From assembly GCA_002762845.1 (NCBI GenBank), contig PCYB01000066.1:1-51557 (forward strand): 51,557 nucleotides of DNA, in the 5' to 3' direction. Of the stretch, positions 1 to 10,377 are shown one piece after another (within the stretch, counting starts at the first letter, position 1; each line of letters begins with the position of its first letter). The notes beneath the pieces were generated by a model. It made no database searches and had not been told where the DNA came from. It worked only from the letters and a program-made list of their open reading frames with translations. This DNA is from Candidatus Woesearchaeota archaeon CG10_big_fil_rev_8_21_14_0_10_36_11. GTDB lineage: Archaea; Nanobdellota; Nanobdellia; Woesearchaeales; GW2011-AR9. The position numbers and the translations under genes were made by a program.

Positions 1-47
1 TCAAGTAGAGATCAAGCAAAGCAGTACCGGTTAACAGCTTTTGTTAG

Positions 48-584
48 CTAATTAATCATACCACCACGTCTATTGACTGGTGGTTCTTGATTTCTTATCC
101 AAAATTTTGTGTCAACAGGGAATGGTTGTGCTAATCCTCCAGAAGGCTCATCAAATTTAATGTGCATGTGTTCTTGAGAGTTTGCTCTCGCAAAACACTT
201 TCCATCAATTCTCTCCATAGGAACATATTCCACTCCAAGATGTTCTGCATCTTCTGCACGTACTTCTTGCATAGCTATACTAACGGTAGCAATTGAAAGT
301 CCATAATCAACTGCCCGATTATAATTCATTGCTACTTGCGCAAATGCTCGTACATGTCCTGTTGGAAGAAGAAGTATTCTAAACCCTGTCCGCGGATCTG
401 ATGTTACGGTATCTTGTAAAACTGCGTACCAATCTTCAACAGGATTGACCCCCGTTTGATGTATAATAACAGAACCTCTATCATCCGTATCACCTATGCT
501 TTTTTGTCCAAACTCACAAAATCCACAACCATCTTTAAGTACGATTTGTTCTTGTAATAATTTTTCTAATTGTGCTACTGACAT
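48..584 (-). CDS. HIT-like (histidine triad fold) protein, paralogue A
   Basis: N-terminal CGFC, LLLPTGH and C-terminal EHMHIKF (HxHxK variant of HxHxH). Start re-assigned to ATG at 584 (MSVAQ) because the longer ORF overlaps the divergent gene. Confidence 0.6.
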   Translation of the reverse strand: MSVAQLEKLLQEQIVLKDGCGFCEFGQKSIGDTDDRGSVIIHQTGVNPVEDWYAVLQDTVTSDPRTGFRILLLPTGHVRAFAQVAMNYNRAVDYGLSIATVSIAMQEVRAEDAEHLGVEYVPMERIDGKCFARANSQEHMHIKFDEPSGGLAQPFPVDTKFWIRNQEPPVNRRGGMIN

Positions 585-679
585 AGTTGATGAAAATGGA
601 TTCTTCTCGTATTTAAATCTTATGAAATAAAATACAGATTGATAACATTTATTAATGGACAGTTTTTGAATAGAACAGT

Positions 680-1273
680 ATGGAACATGACGAAAACTGC
701 AATCTCTGCAAAGAAACAACATTAAGGGTAGGAGAAACTTCGCCATACGGTGCAGTTGTTATTTGTACAATCGGGACAGAACCAGAAAATACATGGTTAG
801 CTACCATCTCACCAAAAACTGGGGGAGATCCAGATAAAGATTTCACGATACAACTTATGCCCCACTATCATTATACAAACTTTACAGAAGTTAATGCTAA
901 TCCTACACTAGCACAAAATTATGGGATTATATTTGCAAAGATAAGTAAAGCAGTGTTTGATATCATGGCAGAACAGGACCCTCATTTTACTGATCCTTCT
1001 GATACACGAGAATCTTCTGTGTCGATAGCATCGTATGGGAAGTGGACAACATGGAACGAAAAAAAGGAACATTTACATATCAAAATATTTCCTTTTAGAA
1101 ATGCGATTGGTCAACCATACACTGTTGATTCGTCATTTGGAAGAAAAGAAGTTCATCAGGATTCTGAAACTGGAGAAAGATTTATCAAAATGATGCCCGT
1201 AGAGAAGAAAATGGTTTCAACAGAAAGATTTACACAGTTAAAAGATACATTTATCTTATTATTACAAAAATAA
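680..1273 (+). CDS. HIT-like protein, paralogue B
   Basis: CNLC, QLMPHYH, EHLHIKIFP; colinear similarity to 48..584. Confidence 0.6.
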   Translation: MEHDENCNLCKETTLRVGETSPYGAVVICTIGTEPENTWLATISPKTGGDPDKDFTIQLMPHYHYTNFTEVNANPTLAQNYGIIFAKISKAVFDIMAEQDPHFTDPSDTRESSVSIASYGKWTTWNEKKEHLHIKIFPFRNAIGQPYTVDSSFGRKEVHQDSETGERFIKMMPVEKKMVSTERFTQLKDTFILLLQK

Positions 1274-1286
1274 AAACCAGTGAAAA

Positions 1287-2156
1287 ATGACAAAAGTCGA
1301 TTTACATGCACATACAAACGAATCTGATGGTGAATTATCCCCAAAAGAATTTGTTGACCAAGCAATATCGTGCGGACTCAAAGCTGTTGCGATAACAGAT
1401 CATGATACAATTTATGGGTGTGCACAAGCAGTTGAGTATGCGAAAGATAAAGATATTGAAATAATTCCTGGAATTGAAATTAGTTGTACTGATAAAGAGA
1501 AAGGTTTTGTTGAAATTCACGTTATTGGTTTGTGTATTGATTATATGGATAAAGATTTCATAACATTTTGTGAAAAAGTGCGTGGTGAACGAATCGGTCA
1601 GAAAAAACGTATGATTGAAAAGTTGCAAGAACTTGGATTTGATATAACATTTGATGAAGTTGTTCGTATTGCAAATTATTCGTTTGGAAGACCGCACGTC
1701 GCAGCCATCTTAATGAAGAAATATCCTGATAGATTTCCTGATATGAAAAGTGTTTTTGATCAATATCTTGGGAATGATAGGCCTGGTTTTATTGCCAGAG
1801 AATTCTATCCAACAATAGGAGAAGCGATTACATTGATAACGAATGCCGGTGGAGTTCCAATACTTGCACACCCAGGAGTGTACGATGAAGTGCGCGTGAT
1901 TGAGCTTATTGAGTACTTTGTATCTCTTGGTGGGAAAGGTATCGAAACGTATTATCCTTACGATAAGATAAATCGTATCTCAAAAGAAGATTCCGATAGG
2001 CTCAATGTACAATTTAAAGAGTATGCAGAAAAACACAGTCTTCTTCAATCTGGTGGTTCTGATTTTCATGGTCCAAAACGAAAACCAGTTGTATTAGGTG
2101 AACTTGATATTTTTTATGATGTTCTTGAGAAAATTAAAAGTAAGTCACAAGCATAA
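1287..2156 (+). CDS. PHP-domain metal-dependent phosphoesterase (TrpH/YciV-like)
   Basis: DLHAHTNESDG, AITDHD, GIEIS, GRPH, LAHP and GGSDFHG motifs. Confidence 0.92.
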   Translation: MTKVDLHAHTNESDGELSPKEFVDQAISCGLKAVAITDHDTIYGCAQAVEYAKDKDIEIIPGIEISCTDKEKGFVEIHVIGLCIDYMDKDFITFCEKVRGERIGQKKRMIEKLQELGFDITFDEVVRIANYSFGRPHVAAILMKKYPDRFPDMKSVFDQYLGNDRPGFIAREFYPTIGEAITLITNAGGVPILAHPGVYDEVRVIELIEYFVSLGGKGIETYYPYDKINRISKEDSDRLNVQFKEYAEKHSLLQSGGSDFHGPKRKPVVLGELDIFYDVLEKIKSKSQA

Positions 2157-3680
2157 CTTTTTAATACTTTCACTGAGAAGATTCTTTTCTTTTTCCGTTT
2201 TGTTTTCTTTCTCAAAAATAATGTCTCTTGTTTGCAATTCCGATCCATTATCAAAAATATCCTGTAAGACTTTTCCGTCCATATCTTTTGGGATCGGAAC
2301 TCCTATTACATGCAGTATTGTTGGTGCAACATCAAAGATGTTCACCCCTTTAGTTATATAACTTTTTTTAATATTTTTACCATATGCCATGAAGATGCCA
2401 TTAAGGGAATGCATTTCCCTTTTGAGATACATAAACTCATTTTCGCCAATAGTCGTATCAATTTCATATTTTGTTGACGTTACAATAATATCCCCCAATC
2501 GTTTACTATACTTTCCATTAAAGAACTTTTCACAATCATGAGCTTCAATATCAGGAACAGCATTTAGTTTAATCAGTATCTCTTTTTTTAACTCTTCTTT
2601 CTCAACGTCCGACATTTTTTTATTCAGGAAGATTGTTCCTTCAAAAAGCGAACGGCAGTATGCTCTTGTTTTATCAATATCTATTTTTGGTTGTTTGACC
2701 ATATTAAATGGTAAATATTTAACACTAAAATCATAAAATGGTTCCAACGATTTGAATAATCGTGGATGTTTTTTCACAAAGACAATAAACCTTGAAATAT
2801 CAATATTTCTTTTCTTTTCTTTGTGTCCGCGGAGGATTACATCTTGTAATGATGATCCTTCTTTTGATGATGTTACCAAATAATTATTATTCTTCAACCA
2901 GCTGTTAAGGAGGAACTTTCCTTCGTACATCTGAAAACCATGATCACTTGCGATTAAAACAACCGTATCCTCCTCTTTGTTTGTATCAATCCAATCAATA
3001 ACAGAATCTAACTCCTGCAAGATTCTCTTGCTTATTTTTGTCTTTTTTGTATTCTTATTGGCCATTATATCATTAAACGCTTTATGCTGGACCATATCTG
3101 CAGCGTTAAGCAAGAAAAAATAAACATCATGTTCATTTCCTTTCAGGACATCTTTAACAACCTCGTTCTGTGATTTAGCCACTTCAAGGGCAGAATTTAA
3201 ATATCTCATGACACTTCGTGAACGATCTGCTCGACAGACATACTTCTTTAATGCAGGATACTTTTCCTGTAACAATGCTGGATGAAACAGGTCTACAATA
3301 TTCTTATAAAGATGAAGCCACGAGAAGACTATATCTCCTTTAATTTTTGCAGGGTATGTAAATGGAAGGTTCATGATGAAACATCTCAGGCCTTGTGCAT
3401 CTGCAAGTTCATAGAACGTTTTTTCTTTAATATCCAAACTTGAGACGACATCTATTTGAAGTTTATCATCATACTTGAAAAAGTTTGCAATTCCATGATT
3501 TCCTATTTTCTTCCCAGTTTGGAACGATGTCCATGTTGGTCCTGTGAAGTATGGGATTGTTGTTCTAAGAATGCCTTGCGTATCATGTTGTAGATGATTA
3601 TATAATGCAGGCATATCTTTTTTACATTTCTCAACCAGTTGATGATGTAATGCGTCTATGCCAAGGATGATTAATTTCAT
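2145..3680 (-). CDS. Alkaline phosphatase superfamily (type I phosphodiesterase/nucleotide pyrophosphatase-like) protein
   Basis: IILGIDA, PYFTGPTWTSFQTG, IASDHGF, H-x-x-x-GIF and DVAPTIL motifs. Confidence 0.85.
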   Translation of the reverse strand: MKLIILGIDALHHQLVEKCKKDMPALYNHLQHDTQGILRTTIPYFTGPTWTSFQTGKKIGNHGIANFFKYDDKLQIDVVSSLDIKEKTFYELADAQGLRCFIMNLPFTYPAKIKGDIVFSWLHLYKNIVDLFHPALLQEKYPALKKYVCRADRSRSVMRYLNSALEVAKSQNEVVKDVLKGNEHDVYFFLLNAADMVQHKAFNDIMANKNTKKTKISKRILQELDSVIDWIDTNKEEDTVVLIASDHGFQMYEGKFLLNSWLKNNNYLVTSSKEGSSLQDVILRGHKEKKRNIDISRFIVFVKKHPRLFKSLEPFYDFSVKYLPFNMVKQPKIDIDKTRAYCRSLFEGTIFLNKKMSDVEKEELKKEILIKLNAVPDIEAHDCEKFFNGKYSKRLGDIIVTSTKYEIDTTIGENEFMYLKREMHSLNGIFMAYGKNIKKSYITKGVNIFDVAPTILHVIGVPIPKDMDGKVLQDIFDNGSELQTRDIIFEKENKTEKEKNLLSESIKKLCL

Positions 3681-3732
3681 TTTTTTATTCTTGAAAGACA
3701 GTTTTTATAAACTTTCGTGTAGCCAATTAACT

Positions 3733-4590
3733 CTAAAGATATAATATAATAATGGTTGAAACTATCCAAAGTAATATTCCCACAACTATATTTTTATCTT
3801 GAAAAATCTTCTCTGGATGGCGGGCAATAATTGATCCAGAATTTATTAAATAAAAGTATCTAAAAATAACAAATAATGCAAATGGTAGGGTATATATTAG
3901 GTTCTTATGAGCACTTAAGAAACAGTAAAATGTGTACGAAATTATGAACAATGTTGTCGATATGATTAATAGATAATTTGTTAATTCTATCGTGTAATCT
4001 TTAAGAACTTTTTTTGTCTGTGAGGCATTTTCTTTAAGGAGCGTTAGATCAGAACGCCTTTTTCCTGTTGATAAGAATAATGATAAGAAAAATGGACACA
4101 ATATTAACCAAATCGTGATTTCAACATTAATTATATAAACTCCCGATATCGATCGTATAACAAACAGGATAGCGATAATCAAAATATCTGCAAAAAGAAT
4201 CTTCTTAAAGAAAAATGAGTAGAGTTGCGTAAGAACAAATAATGATAGTACTGCATACAAAAAATTTCTTCCCAACATTTGTGCCAGAAACAACGAAATA
4301 GCAAAAAGTAGAATCATGAGAAGTACAGCACTAGCTTTTCTAATTTTTCCTGCAGCAAGTGGGCGACATTTCTTTTCGGGATGTAATTGGTCAGCTTTCA
4401 AATCAATAATATCATTGATGATATATCCTACGGAAGACATGAATGAAAGAGAGAAAAAGCCAACTATAGTAAAGTAAAGCCATTCTGGTCGTGCTACACT
4501 TCCTACAAAAAAGAGAGCAAGAAAAACAACAATGTTTTTGTACCATTGACGTACACGCATGAGGTTGATATACTCTTTTATTTTTGTCAC
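3733..4590 (-). CDS. UbiA-family prenyltransferase, decaprenyl-phosphate phosphoribosyltransferase-like
   Basis: RVRQWYKN, YIINDIIDLKADQLHPEKKCRPLAAG and GKRRSDL motifs; multiple TM helices. Confidence 0.88.
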   Translation of the reverse strand: MTKIKEYINLMRVRQWYKNIVVFLALFFVGSVARPEWLYFTIVGFFSLSFMSSVGYIINDIIDLKADQLHPEKKCRPLAAGKIRKASAVLLMILLFAISLFLAQMLGRNFLYAVLSLFVLTQLYSFFFKKILFADILIIAILFVIRSISGVYIINVEITIWLILCPFFLSLFLSTGKRRSDLTLLKENASQTKKVLKDYTIELTNYLLIISTTLFIISYTFYCFLSAHKNLIYTLPFALFVIFRYFYLINSGSIIARHPEKIFQDKNIVVGILLWIVSTIIILYL

Positions 4591-6197
4591 GATTTTACAC
4601 CTTTGTCTTGTGTTTTTTCATTCTTGCCTATGACTTCATGAATTAAGTCAATTACCCTCTCTGATGCTTTTCCGTCAACAATACCACAATATTCAAGGAC
4701 AACTTTTTTCATTCTCTGTTTAAGGACATCTTGTTCTCGTACTGCTCTTTCAATAGCATTTTTTATATTGTCAGTATACGCAATCTCTATTGTCGCATCA
4801 TTGTTTTTTATCCAATGTTCTATCCCTTTATATAATAAATCAATCGTAACTATTGGTCTGCCAATAATCATCGCTTCTAATGCTGCATTCGACCCAAAAT
4901 GGACAAAGACGTCACACTCTTGAATAAGCTGATAAAAATCATCTCGGGAAATGTTTGATTTAAATGTCCGTACATTTGTAAACTTGTTTTTCTCTACAAT
5001 ATCTACATACTTTTCATACAATGTGTTTTTAGGATGCAATTTTAAGTCGATGTTGATACCCGAAATTTTATTTATTTGAATAATAATCTGTTCAATTCTA
5101 TGAAAATAATCTTCTTCTGTTGCTGATCCTCCATCGACTTTTGAATCTATTGCAATTAATATTTTTTGACATTTACTCTCTTTCTCAGAAATGTACCGGG
5201 ATATTTCATCATATACCACCGGTCCAACAACACGAATATCATTCTTGTTTCCATTTTGTATGTATCCCTCTTTTTCTACCTCACTAAACACTGCAATCGT
5301 TGTCGATTGCATCAAATCTTTATTTTTTGAGTTTTTTCCAATACCATGCGCAATAACTATTGAAGGAATATTCATTTTTTCTGCAGCAGCTAACAAACAT
5401 CGTTCAACGATTGAACTTGATCCTGTAAGAACAACTGCAGCAATACTTTCCTGTGCAAGAACTTTTTTATACATCTCATATTGGAGTGCCACAATATACA
5501 AAAATTCTTTAGAGAGATATACATTAAAAGCGTATTTGTAAAAAGGCCAGTATGATATACCATCTTTTGTAAGAAAATCTAATTTTGTCTTATTACTTAT
5601 TCGTTTCCATTGGGATGATAATGCTTGAGAAACGTTTCTCGCTTTTGTGGCAATGTCTTCATTATAATATGAATAAAGAAAATCTCTACCCAAAACCAGT
5701 TTATACTCATTTCGTGATAAAGGGTCCACGAAAAGGACAAACTCTGTAAACTTTTGATCTTCTTTGATTTTCTTAATAATTCCTTCAATTCTGAATATCT
5801 TCTTATCGTCTGACATATGGTGAGGAAACGTGAGGAATAGTACCTTTTTCTTGTTTTGCCCATTAAGTTCAATTATTTCGCTTTTGTCTTTATTTTTACT
5901 TTTATTTTTAACAAACTTTATTTTCTTCAACTCGTTTATACGTAAATATTGTGCAAGAAGTTTTGAAAAAAGAAATAATTTTGCTTTATTAAATGGCGCG
6001 ATATTTTTATTCTGTTCAAGAGATTTGTATGTATTAATCTGAGAAGGGATAATATACCTTCGAAAACTTCTATTATACAAGAATTCTAGTGGAAATCCGT
6101 CAAGTGTAAATATTTCATTAAAACTTTTTTGCATACAAAACTCTTTGTTTGCCCAATCATCGATAAAATCGTACAAATCTACTTTTAATTGTGTCAT
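4587..6197 (-). CDS. GT-B fold surface-carbohydrate biosynthesis protein (CDP-glycerol/capsule-synthesis-like)
   Basis: IAHG, KLHP, SNAALEAMIIGRP and DGKASERV motifs. Confidence 0.6.
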   Translation of the reverse strand: MTQLKVDLYDFIDDWANKEFCMQKSFNEIFTLDGFPLEFLYNRSFRRYIIPSQINTYKSLEQNKNIAPFNKAKLFLFSKLLAQYLRINELKKIKFVKNKSKNKDKSEIIELNGQNKKKVLFLTFPHHMSDDKKIFRIEGIIKKIKEDQKFTEFVLFVDPLSRNEYKLVLGRDFLYSYYNEDIATKARNVSQALSSQWKRISNKTKLDFLTKDGISYWPFYKYAFNVYLSKEFLYIVALQYEMYKKVLAQESIAAVVLTGSSSIVERCLLAAAEKMNIPSIVIAHGIGKNSKNKDLMQSTTIAVFSEVEKEGYIQNGNKNDIRVVGPVVYDEISRYISEKESKCQKILIAIDSKVDGGSATEEDYFHRIEQIIIQINKISGINIDLKLHPKNTLYEKYVDIVEKNKFTNVRTFKSNISRDDFYQLIQECDVFVHFGSNAALEAMIIGRPIVTIDLLYKGIEHWIKNNDATIEIAYTDNIKNAIERAVREQDVLKQRMKKVVLEYCGIVDGKASERVIDLIHEVIGKNEKTQDKGVKS

Positions 6198-6361
6198 AGG
6201 TATACTCTTATGGTTTACTTTTTATACGTAAAAAAACACTTTTAAATCTTATGATTCTTATATCTATTTTGTATGATTTCTCTGTAAGTACGCGTAACAG
6301 TGTACAACACTGTATTAGAAAACGATAAAGTTTTTATATGATGATACTGGGGAGTGATATT

Positions 6362-7777
6362 ATGGGAAATAGACCAAAGAAAGTTATTCTTGTACGATAT
6401 CATGATAAAGGTAATATTAATACCCGTCTTCCTGAAAGTCTTAACAAAGTACAGGGTGTTCTTCCACCATTAGGAATAGCATACATTGCTGCGTTTCTTG
6501 AACAGAATGGGGTTAACGTTTCAATTATTGATGTTCAAGGTTTAAACATGACTTCTGCAGAATTTGCAAAAGCTATTGAGGATAAGAAACCAGACATCGT
6601 TGCGATAACATGTATGACACCAACATTTCATGGAGCACTTGAAGCAGCAAAAATGTGTAAAAAAGCAGGTGCAACCGTTGTTTTGGGTGGATCGCATATT
6701 TCAGTATACCCAAAAGAGTCATTACAGCCAGACTTTGTTGATTTTGGGATCGTTGGAGAAGGCGAATATACTCTTGCAGAATTAGTAGATGCTTTAGAAA
6801 ATGAATCCGATTATTCAACCATTAAAGGTTTAGCGTATAAAAAAGATGGTAACGTAATTATAAACCAAGCCCGAATAGTTAAAGATATTGACACGTTACC
6901 CTTCCCTGCATACCATCTCTTGCCCATGAAAAAATATTCTTCAGTAATTGGCCTGCATCCCGTATCCACCATGATATCTTCTCGTGGCTGTCCGTACAGG
7001 TGCGGTTTTTGTTTCAAGCAACCTTCTGATAAGGTGTTTAGGACACGTAATCCATATAGTGTTGTTGACGAGATGGAAATGCTTGTTACTAAACATGGTG
7101 TTAAAGAGATTATGTTTTATGATGATACGATTACAGTAAAACGAAGTCATATTGAAGGTATCTGTAACGAAATTCTTAAAAGAGATTTAAAAGTTAAATG
7201 GGAGTCACCAACACGTATTGACCTTGTTGATAAAGAATTACTAACGCTGATGAAGAAAGCGGGATGTATCAGGTTACGGTACGGTGTTGAATCTGGCGAC
7301 CCACGAATTTTAGAACTTATGAACAAAAAGATAACGATTGATCGAGTCCAAGAAGTATTTGCATTAACAAAAAAAGTTGGTTTAGAATCATTTGCGTATT
7401 TCATTATTGGATACGCGACGGAAACGCCACATACCATGCAGGGAACGATTGACCTTGCAAAGAAAATCAATCCCGACTTTGTTATGTTTACTATCGCAAC
7501 ACCTTACCCCCAAACGCCATTACATACGTTAAGTGTTACGAATGGACTTATTGACCCTGATTATTGGCGGAAGTTTACGTTGGGAGAAGATGTTGGTAGG
7601 ATGCCATACTTGATTCCTGATGCAGAGGAATGGATAAAGAAAGCGTATAGGTCGTTTTATCTCCGACCAAGTTTTATCTTTAAGAAAGCAAAGAAGTTAC
7701 GGTCATGGAGCACGTTTAAGAAATATTGTGCCGGCGCATGGGGTTTAGTTCGGTTTAATATGCTGCCTGAAGATTAA
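6362..7777 (+). CDS. Cobalamin-binding radical SAM protein (class B methyltransferase-like)
   Basis: PPLGIAYIAA, GGSH, GEGE, SSRGCPYRCGFC and GVESG motifs; SD-like GGGGAGTGA before ATG 6362. Confidence 0.92.
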   Translation: MGNRPKKVILVRYHDKGNINTRLPESLNKVQGVLPPLGIAYIAAFLEQNGVNVSIIDVQGLNMTSAEFAKAIEDKKPDIVAITCMTPTFHGALEAAKMCKKAGATVVLGGSHISVYPKESLQPDFVDFGIVGEGEYTLAELVDALENESDYSTIKGLAYKKDGNVIINQARIVKDIDTLPFPAYHLLPMKKYSSVIGLHPVSTMISSRGCPYRCGFCFKQPSDKVFRTRNPYSVVDEMEMLVTKHGVKEIMFYDDTITVKRSHIEGICNEILKRDLKVKWESPTRIDLVDKELLTLMKKAGCIRLRYGVESGDPRILELMNKKITIDRVQEVFALTKKVGLESFAYFIIGYATETPHTMQGTIDLAKKINPDFVMFTIATPYPQTPLHTLSVTNGLIDPDYWRKFTLGEDVGRMPYLIPDAEEWIKKAYRSFYLRPSFIFKKAKKLRSWSTFKKYCAGAWGLVRFNMLPED

Positions 7778-7799
7778 GATCATGCGGAAAAAATATAGA

Positions 7800-8492
7800 T
7801 CATAAAAACCCGTATCTGTCAATTTCTCTATCGCTTAATGTTCCTGCTTCTAATGCTTCCACACGTTGTGCAAGTGAAAAGACCCTATCTCGTGCTGCAA
7901 TAACTGCCCGTATTGTCACTTCTCCCATCGGTCCGGAACCCGCAAGGGTTGGATCTTGTGTATATTTTTTTACTAAACCACTTATCCTTTCTTGAACACT
8001 AATACGTTCTTCACTTTTATTTGCAAGGTCTGCATACGTCACAATTGCTTCCTGCCATGTTCGTGGGAGAAGAAGGATTGGATCTATCGGTCCAAACTCC
8101 TTTCTTTTTTCAGTACACGCAGAATCGTGCCAAAACTCGTACACAAATGCGTGAGGTCGAAACATCTGTGCAAGACGATAATTATCATTGTCGTTTTGTG
8201 CAATACCTTCTTCTACACCATGTTCTTCAACGTATCGTGCACCTCGAAGTTCATGGAATGTCTGATCGGCCTGAAATGGTCTTCCAATATCGTGCAATCC
8301 CGCGGCGGCAGAAATCTCTCGCAGGTTTAATGGTATGTTTGGATAATGGCGTACAGCATTTTTAATCACTGTTTCCGCAATGTCGTACGATAAATGTAGA
8401 TGTTGCACTAGACTTTCTGCACGTCTAACATTTCCTGGATTTTTGTCTATAATGTTCCTTGCAAAATGAAGAATACTCGTTTTATCGATCAT
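7800..8492 (-). CDS. HD-domain phosphohydrolase
   Basis: H...GLHDIGR...HELRG...YAD pattern. Confidence 0.8.
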   Translation of the reverse strand: MIDKTSILHFARNIIDKNPGNVRRAESLVQHLHLSYDIAETVIKNAVRHYPNIPLNLREISAAAGLHDIGRPFQADQTFHELRGARYVEEHGVEEGIAQNDNDNYRLAQMFRPHAFVYEFWHDSACTEKRKEFGPIDPILLLPRTWQEAIVTYADLANKSEERISVQERISGLVKKYTQDPTLAGSGPMGEVTIRAVIAARDRVFSLAQRVEALEAGTLSDREIDRYGFL

Positions 8493-8553
8493 CTTTACTT
8501 TTTAATATTATTCTTTATAAATATTATGGGAGATTACTCTCTTAAAACAAATA

Positions 8554-10236
8554 TCATGAACTTACAGGAAATACCACCTTTTCATTAAAAAATTGATTGT
8601 AAAGAGTTATTCCGTCCTCTCTGTTGTTCATCTCAAATATCTGTATCCTGTATGTTTTAGAACTATCATCATATACTAATGTAACGTCGTCAGATAACTT
8701 GTCCATCTGTGTAAGTTCTTCATAATTGTCCCATTTTTCGAGATTTCCTTCATCAATAACAATAAAATCAACATTGTACAACTTGCCAAAATGTATTATG
8801 TCTTTGTAATTAGCATATGGAAGATTTGTGTACTTTGCCTCACTGTAAAAACTAATCTCCGGTCGTCGTGACATAACATTTATCTGTTCATATTCGGGAT
8901 ATTTCTCTTTCAAGAATGATGCTGCATCAACATATTCTGTAAGGTCATGTTCATACATAAATCCGTAATAGACAATATAGGGAATAGAACTTACTATTAA
9001 AAAAAGAACAATTATACGCTTGCTATTTTTTTCTATGAACCGAACAAACATATTTCTTTTTATTCTATGAAGAGTAATTTTCTGAGTAATTATTTTAGTA
9101 GAATGAACAAATCCTGTTAGTGATAATAATAATAATAAAAGAATTATAGGGAGCATGAATCGCGCAAAATTGATGAAAAAACATGCATATATAAGAACAA
9201 ATAAAATTATTAAAGTTATTATAATCTTGTTTTGTGTATCTTTTAAGAAGCCTTTATTGAGAAAAGAAAAGAGAAGAGGAATTATAATGGGAATAGCAAG
9301 AAGAAAAATCCATTTAATTTCATTGAGTATGTTATTGAAAAATCGTTGTCTAAATTCTGTTGGATTGTCCCCAATATACCCTAAAAGTGAAACGTTATTA
9401 TTTTTCTCAAATATGTCTATTTGATTTTTCTCTTCGTTGAGAGAATATACTATTTTTTCATAATCTCCTCCTGTAACGACTTCACCAACCAAAACGTTCA
9501 TGCCAGATTTACCACTAATAGTTATGTGGCCTGTTGATTCTGTAATGAAAGAAATGTATGGGAATGCAATAAGAATAACAATAACAAGAATAAATACAAC
9601 TCTTAACAAATTATTTATATCTGGAAGAATGTTCCATCGTTTCATTCCATTCTTTGTTTTTTCTTGACTACGCAAAAATAAAATAGGTAACACAAGTAAG
9701 AAAACCCCCTCTGGTCGAATTAAGTATGTACCTGCCACAGTAATAGAAAACAATACTAACAATAATTTTGTTCTTGTTTTATACAACCGAAAGAAAAGAT
9801 ATAATGAAAGAAAGAAGAACAAAAAAAAGAGTGATTCTGTTAACACTTGTGTTGCTGTTCGTATGATGAACGGATACATTGTAAATGCTGTTGCAGCAAA
9901 TACTCCTACATTTTCATTATGCAATTCTTTTCCAAGGAAATAAAAAATGACTATCGTTAAGATACTTGCAAGCAAGGAAACTATCTTTCCTGCAATAAAA
10001 AGGTCATTAACAACCAAATTCGTCAGACCAATGAATAAAGGGTATCCCGGAGGAAAAATTATCCCCCAATTATGATTTTCACGGAACGAATATTCACTTC
10101 GTTCAATGAGATTCTGTCCTAAGCGAGCATACGCAATTCCATCCGGATTAATGAACTCTTCTTGGTTAAATAAAGGTATTCGAATACATATTCCAAGCAG
10201 AATAAGGAACAAAAGTAAAAAATAAACTTTTTTCAT
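8554..10236 (-). CDS. GT-C fold membrane glycosyltransferase (ArnT/PMT family 39-like)
   Basis: PDGIAY, PPGYPLFI, TESLF and LIRPEG motifs; many TM segments. Confidence 0.8.
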   Translation of the reverse strand: MKKVYFLLLFLILLGICIRIPLFNQEEFINPDGIAYARLGQNLIERSEYSFRENHNWGIIFPPGYPLFIGLTNLVVNDLFIAGKIVSLLASILTIVIFYFLGKELHNENVGVFAATAFTMYPFIIRTATQVLTESLFFLFFFLSLYLFFRLYKTRTKLLLVLFSITVAGTYLIRPEGVFLLVLPILFLRSQEKTKNGMKRWNILPDINNLLRVVFILVIVILIAFPYISFITESTGHITISGKSGMNVLVGEVVTGGDYEKIVYSLNEEKNQIDIFEKNNNVSLLGYIGDNPTEFRQRFFNNILNEIKWIFLLAIPIIIPLLFSFLNKGFLKDTQNKIIITLIILFVLIYACFFINFARFMLPIILLLLLLSLTGFVHSTKIITQKITLHRIKRNMFVRFIEKNSKRIIVLFLIVSSIPYIVYYGFMYEHDLTEYVDAASFLKEKYPEYEQINVMSRRPEISFYSEAKYTNLPYANYKDIIHFGKLYNVDFIVIDEGNLEKWDNYEELTQMDKLSDDVTLVYDDSSKTYRIQIFEMNNREDGITLYNQFFNEKVVFPVSS

Positions 10237-10377
10237 AGTGAAACTAATACGATTATATTTCCTATATAAGGATTATGAACGTACAATGAATACTTTGAGA
10301 ATAAATCTTAATCAATCGCTTTATATAGAACTAAAGTCAGAAATCTTTAAATAATCACCTCGGGATTAAAGAGGAAA

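Noticed and set aside
585..746. N-terminal extensions in the ORF track (48..746, 22990 start, 50270 start)
   Set aside because: They overlap divergent genes or promoters; downstream ATGs (584, 23083, 50069) fit the homology or TATA spacing better.
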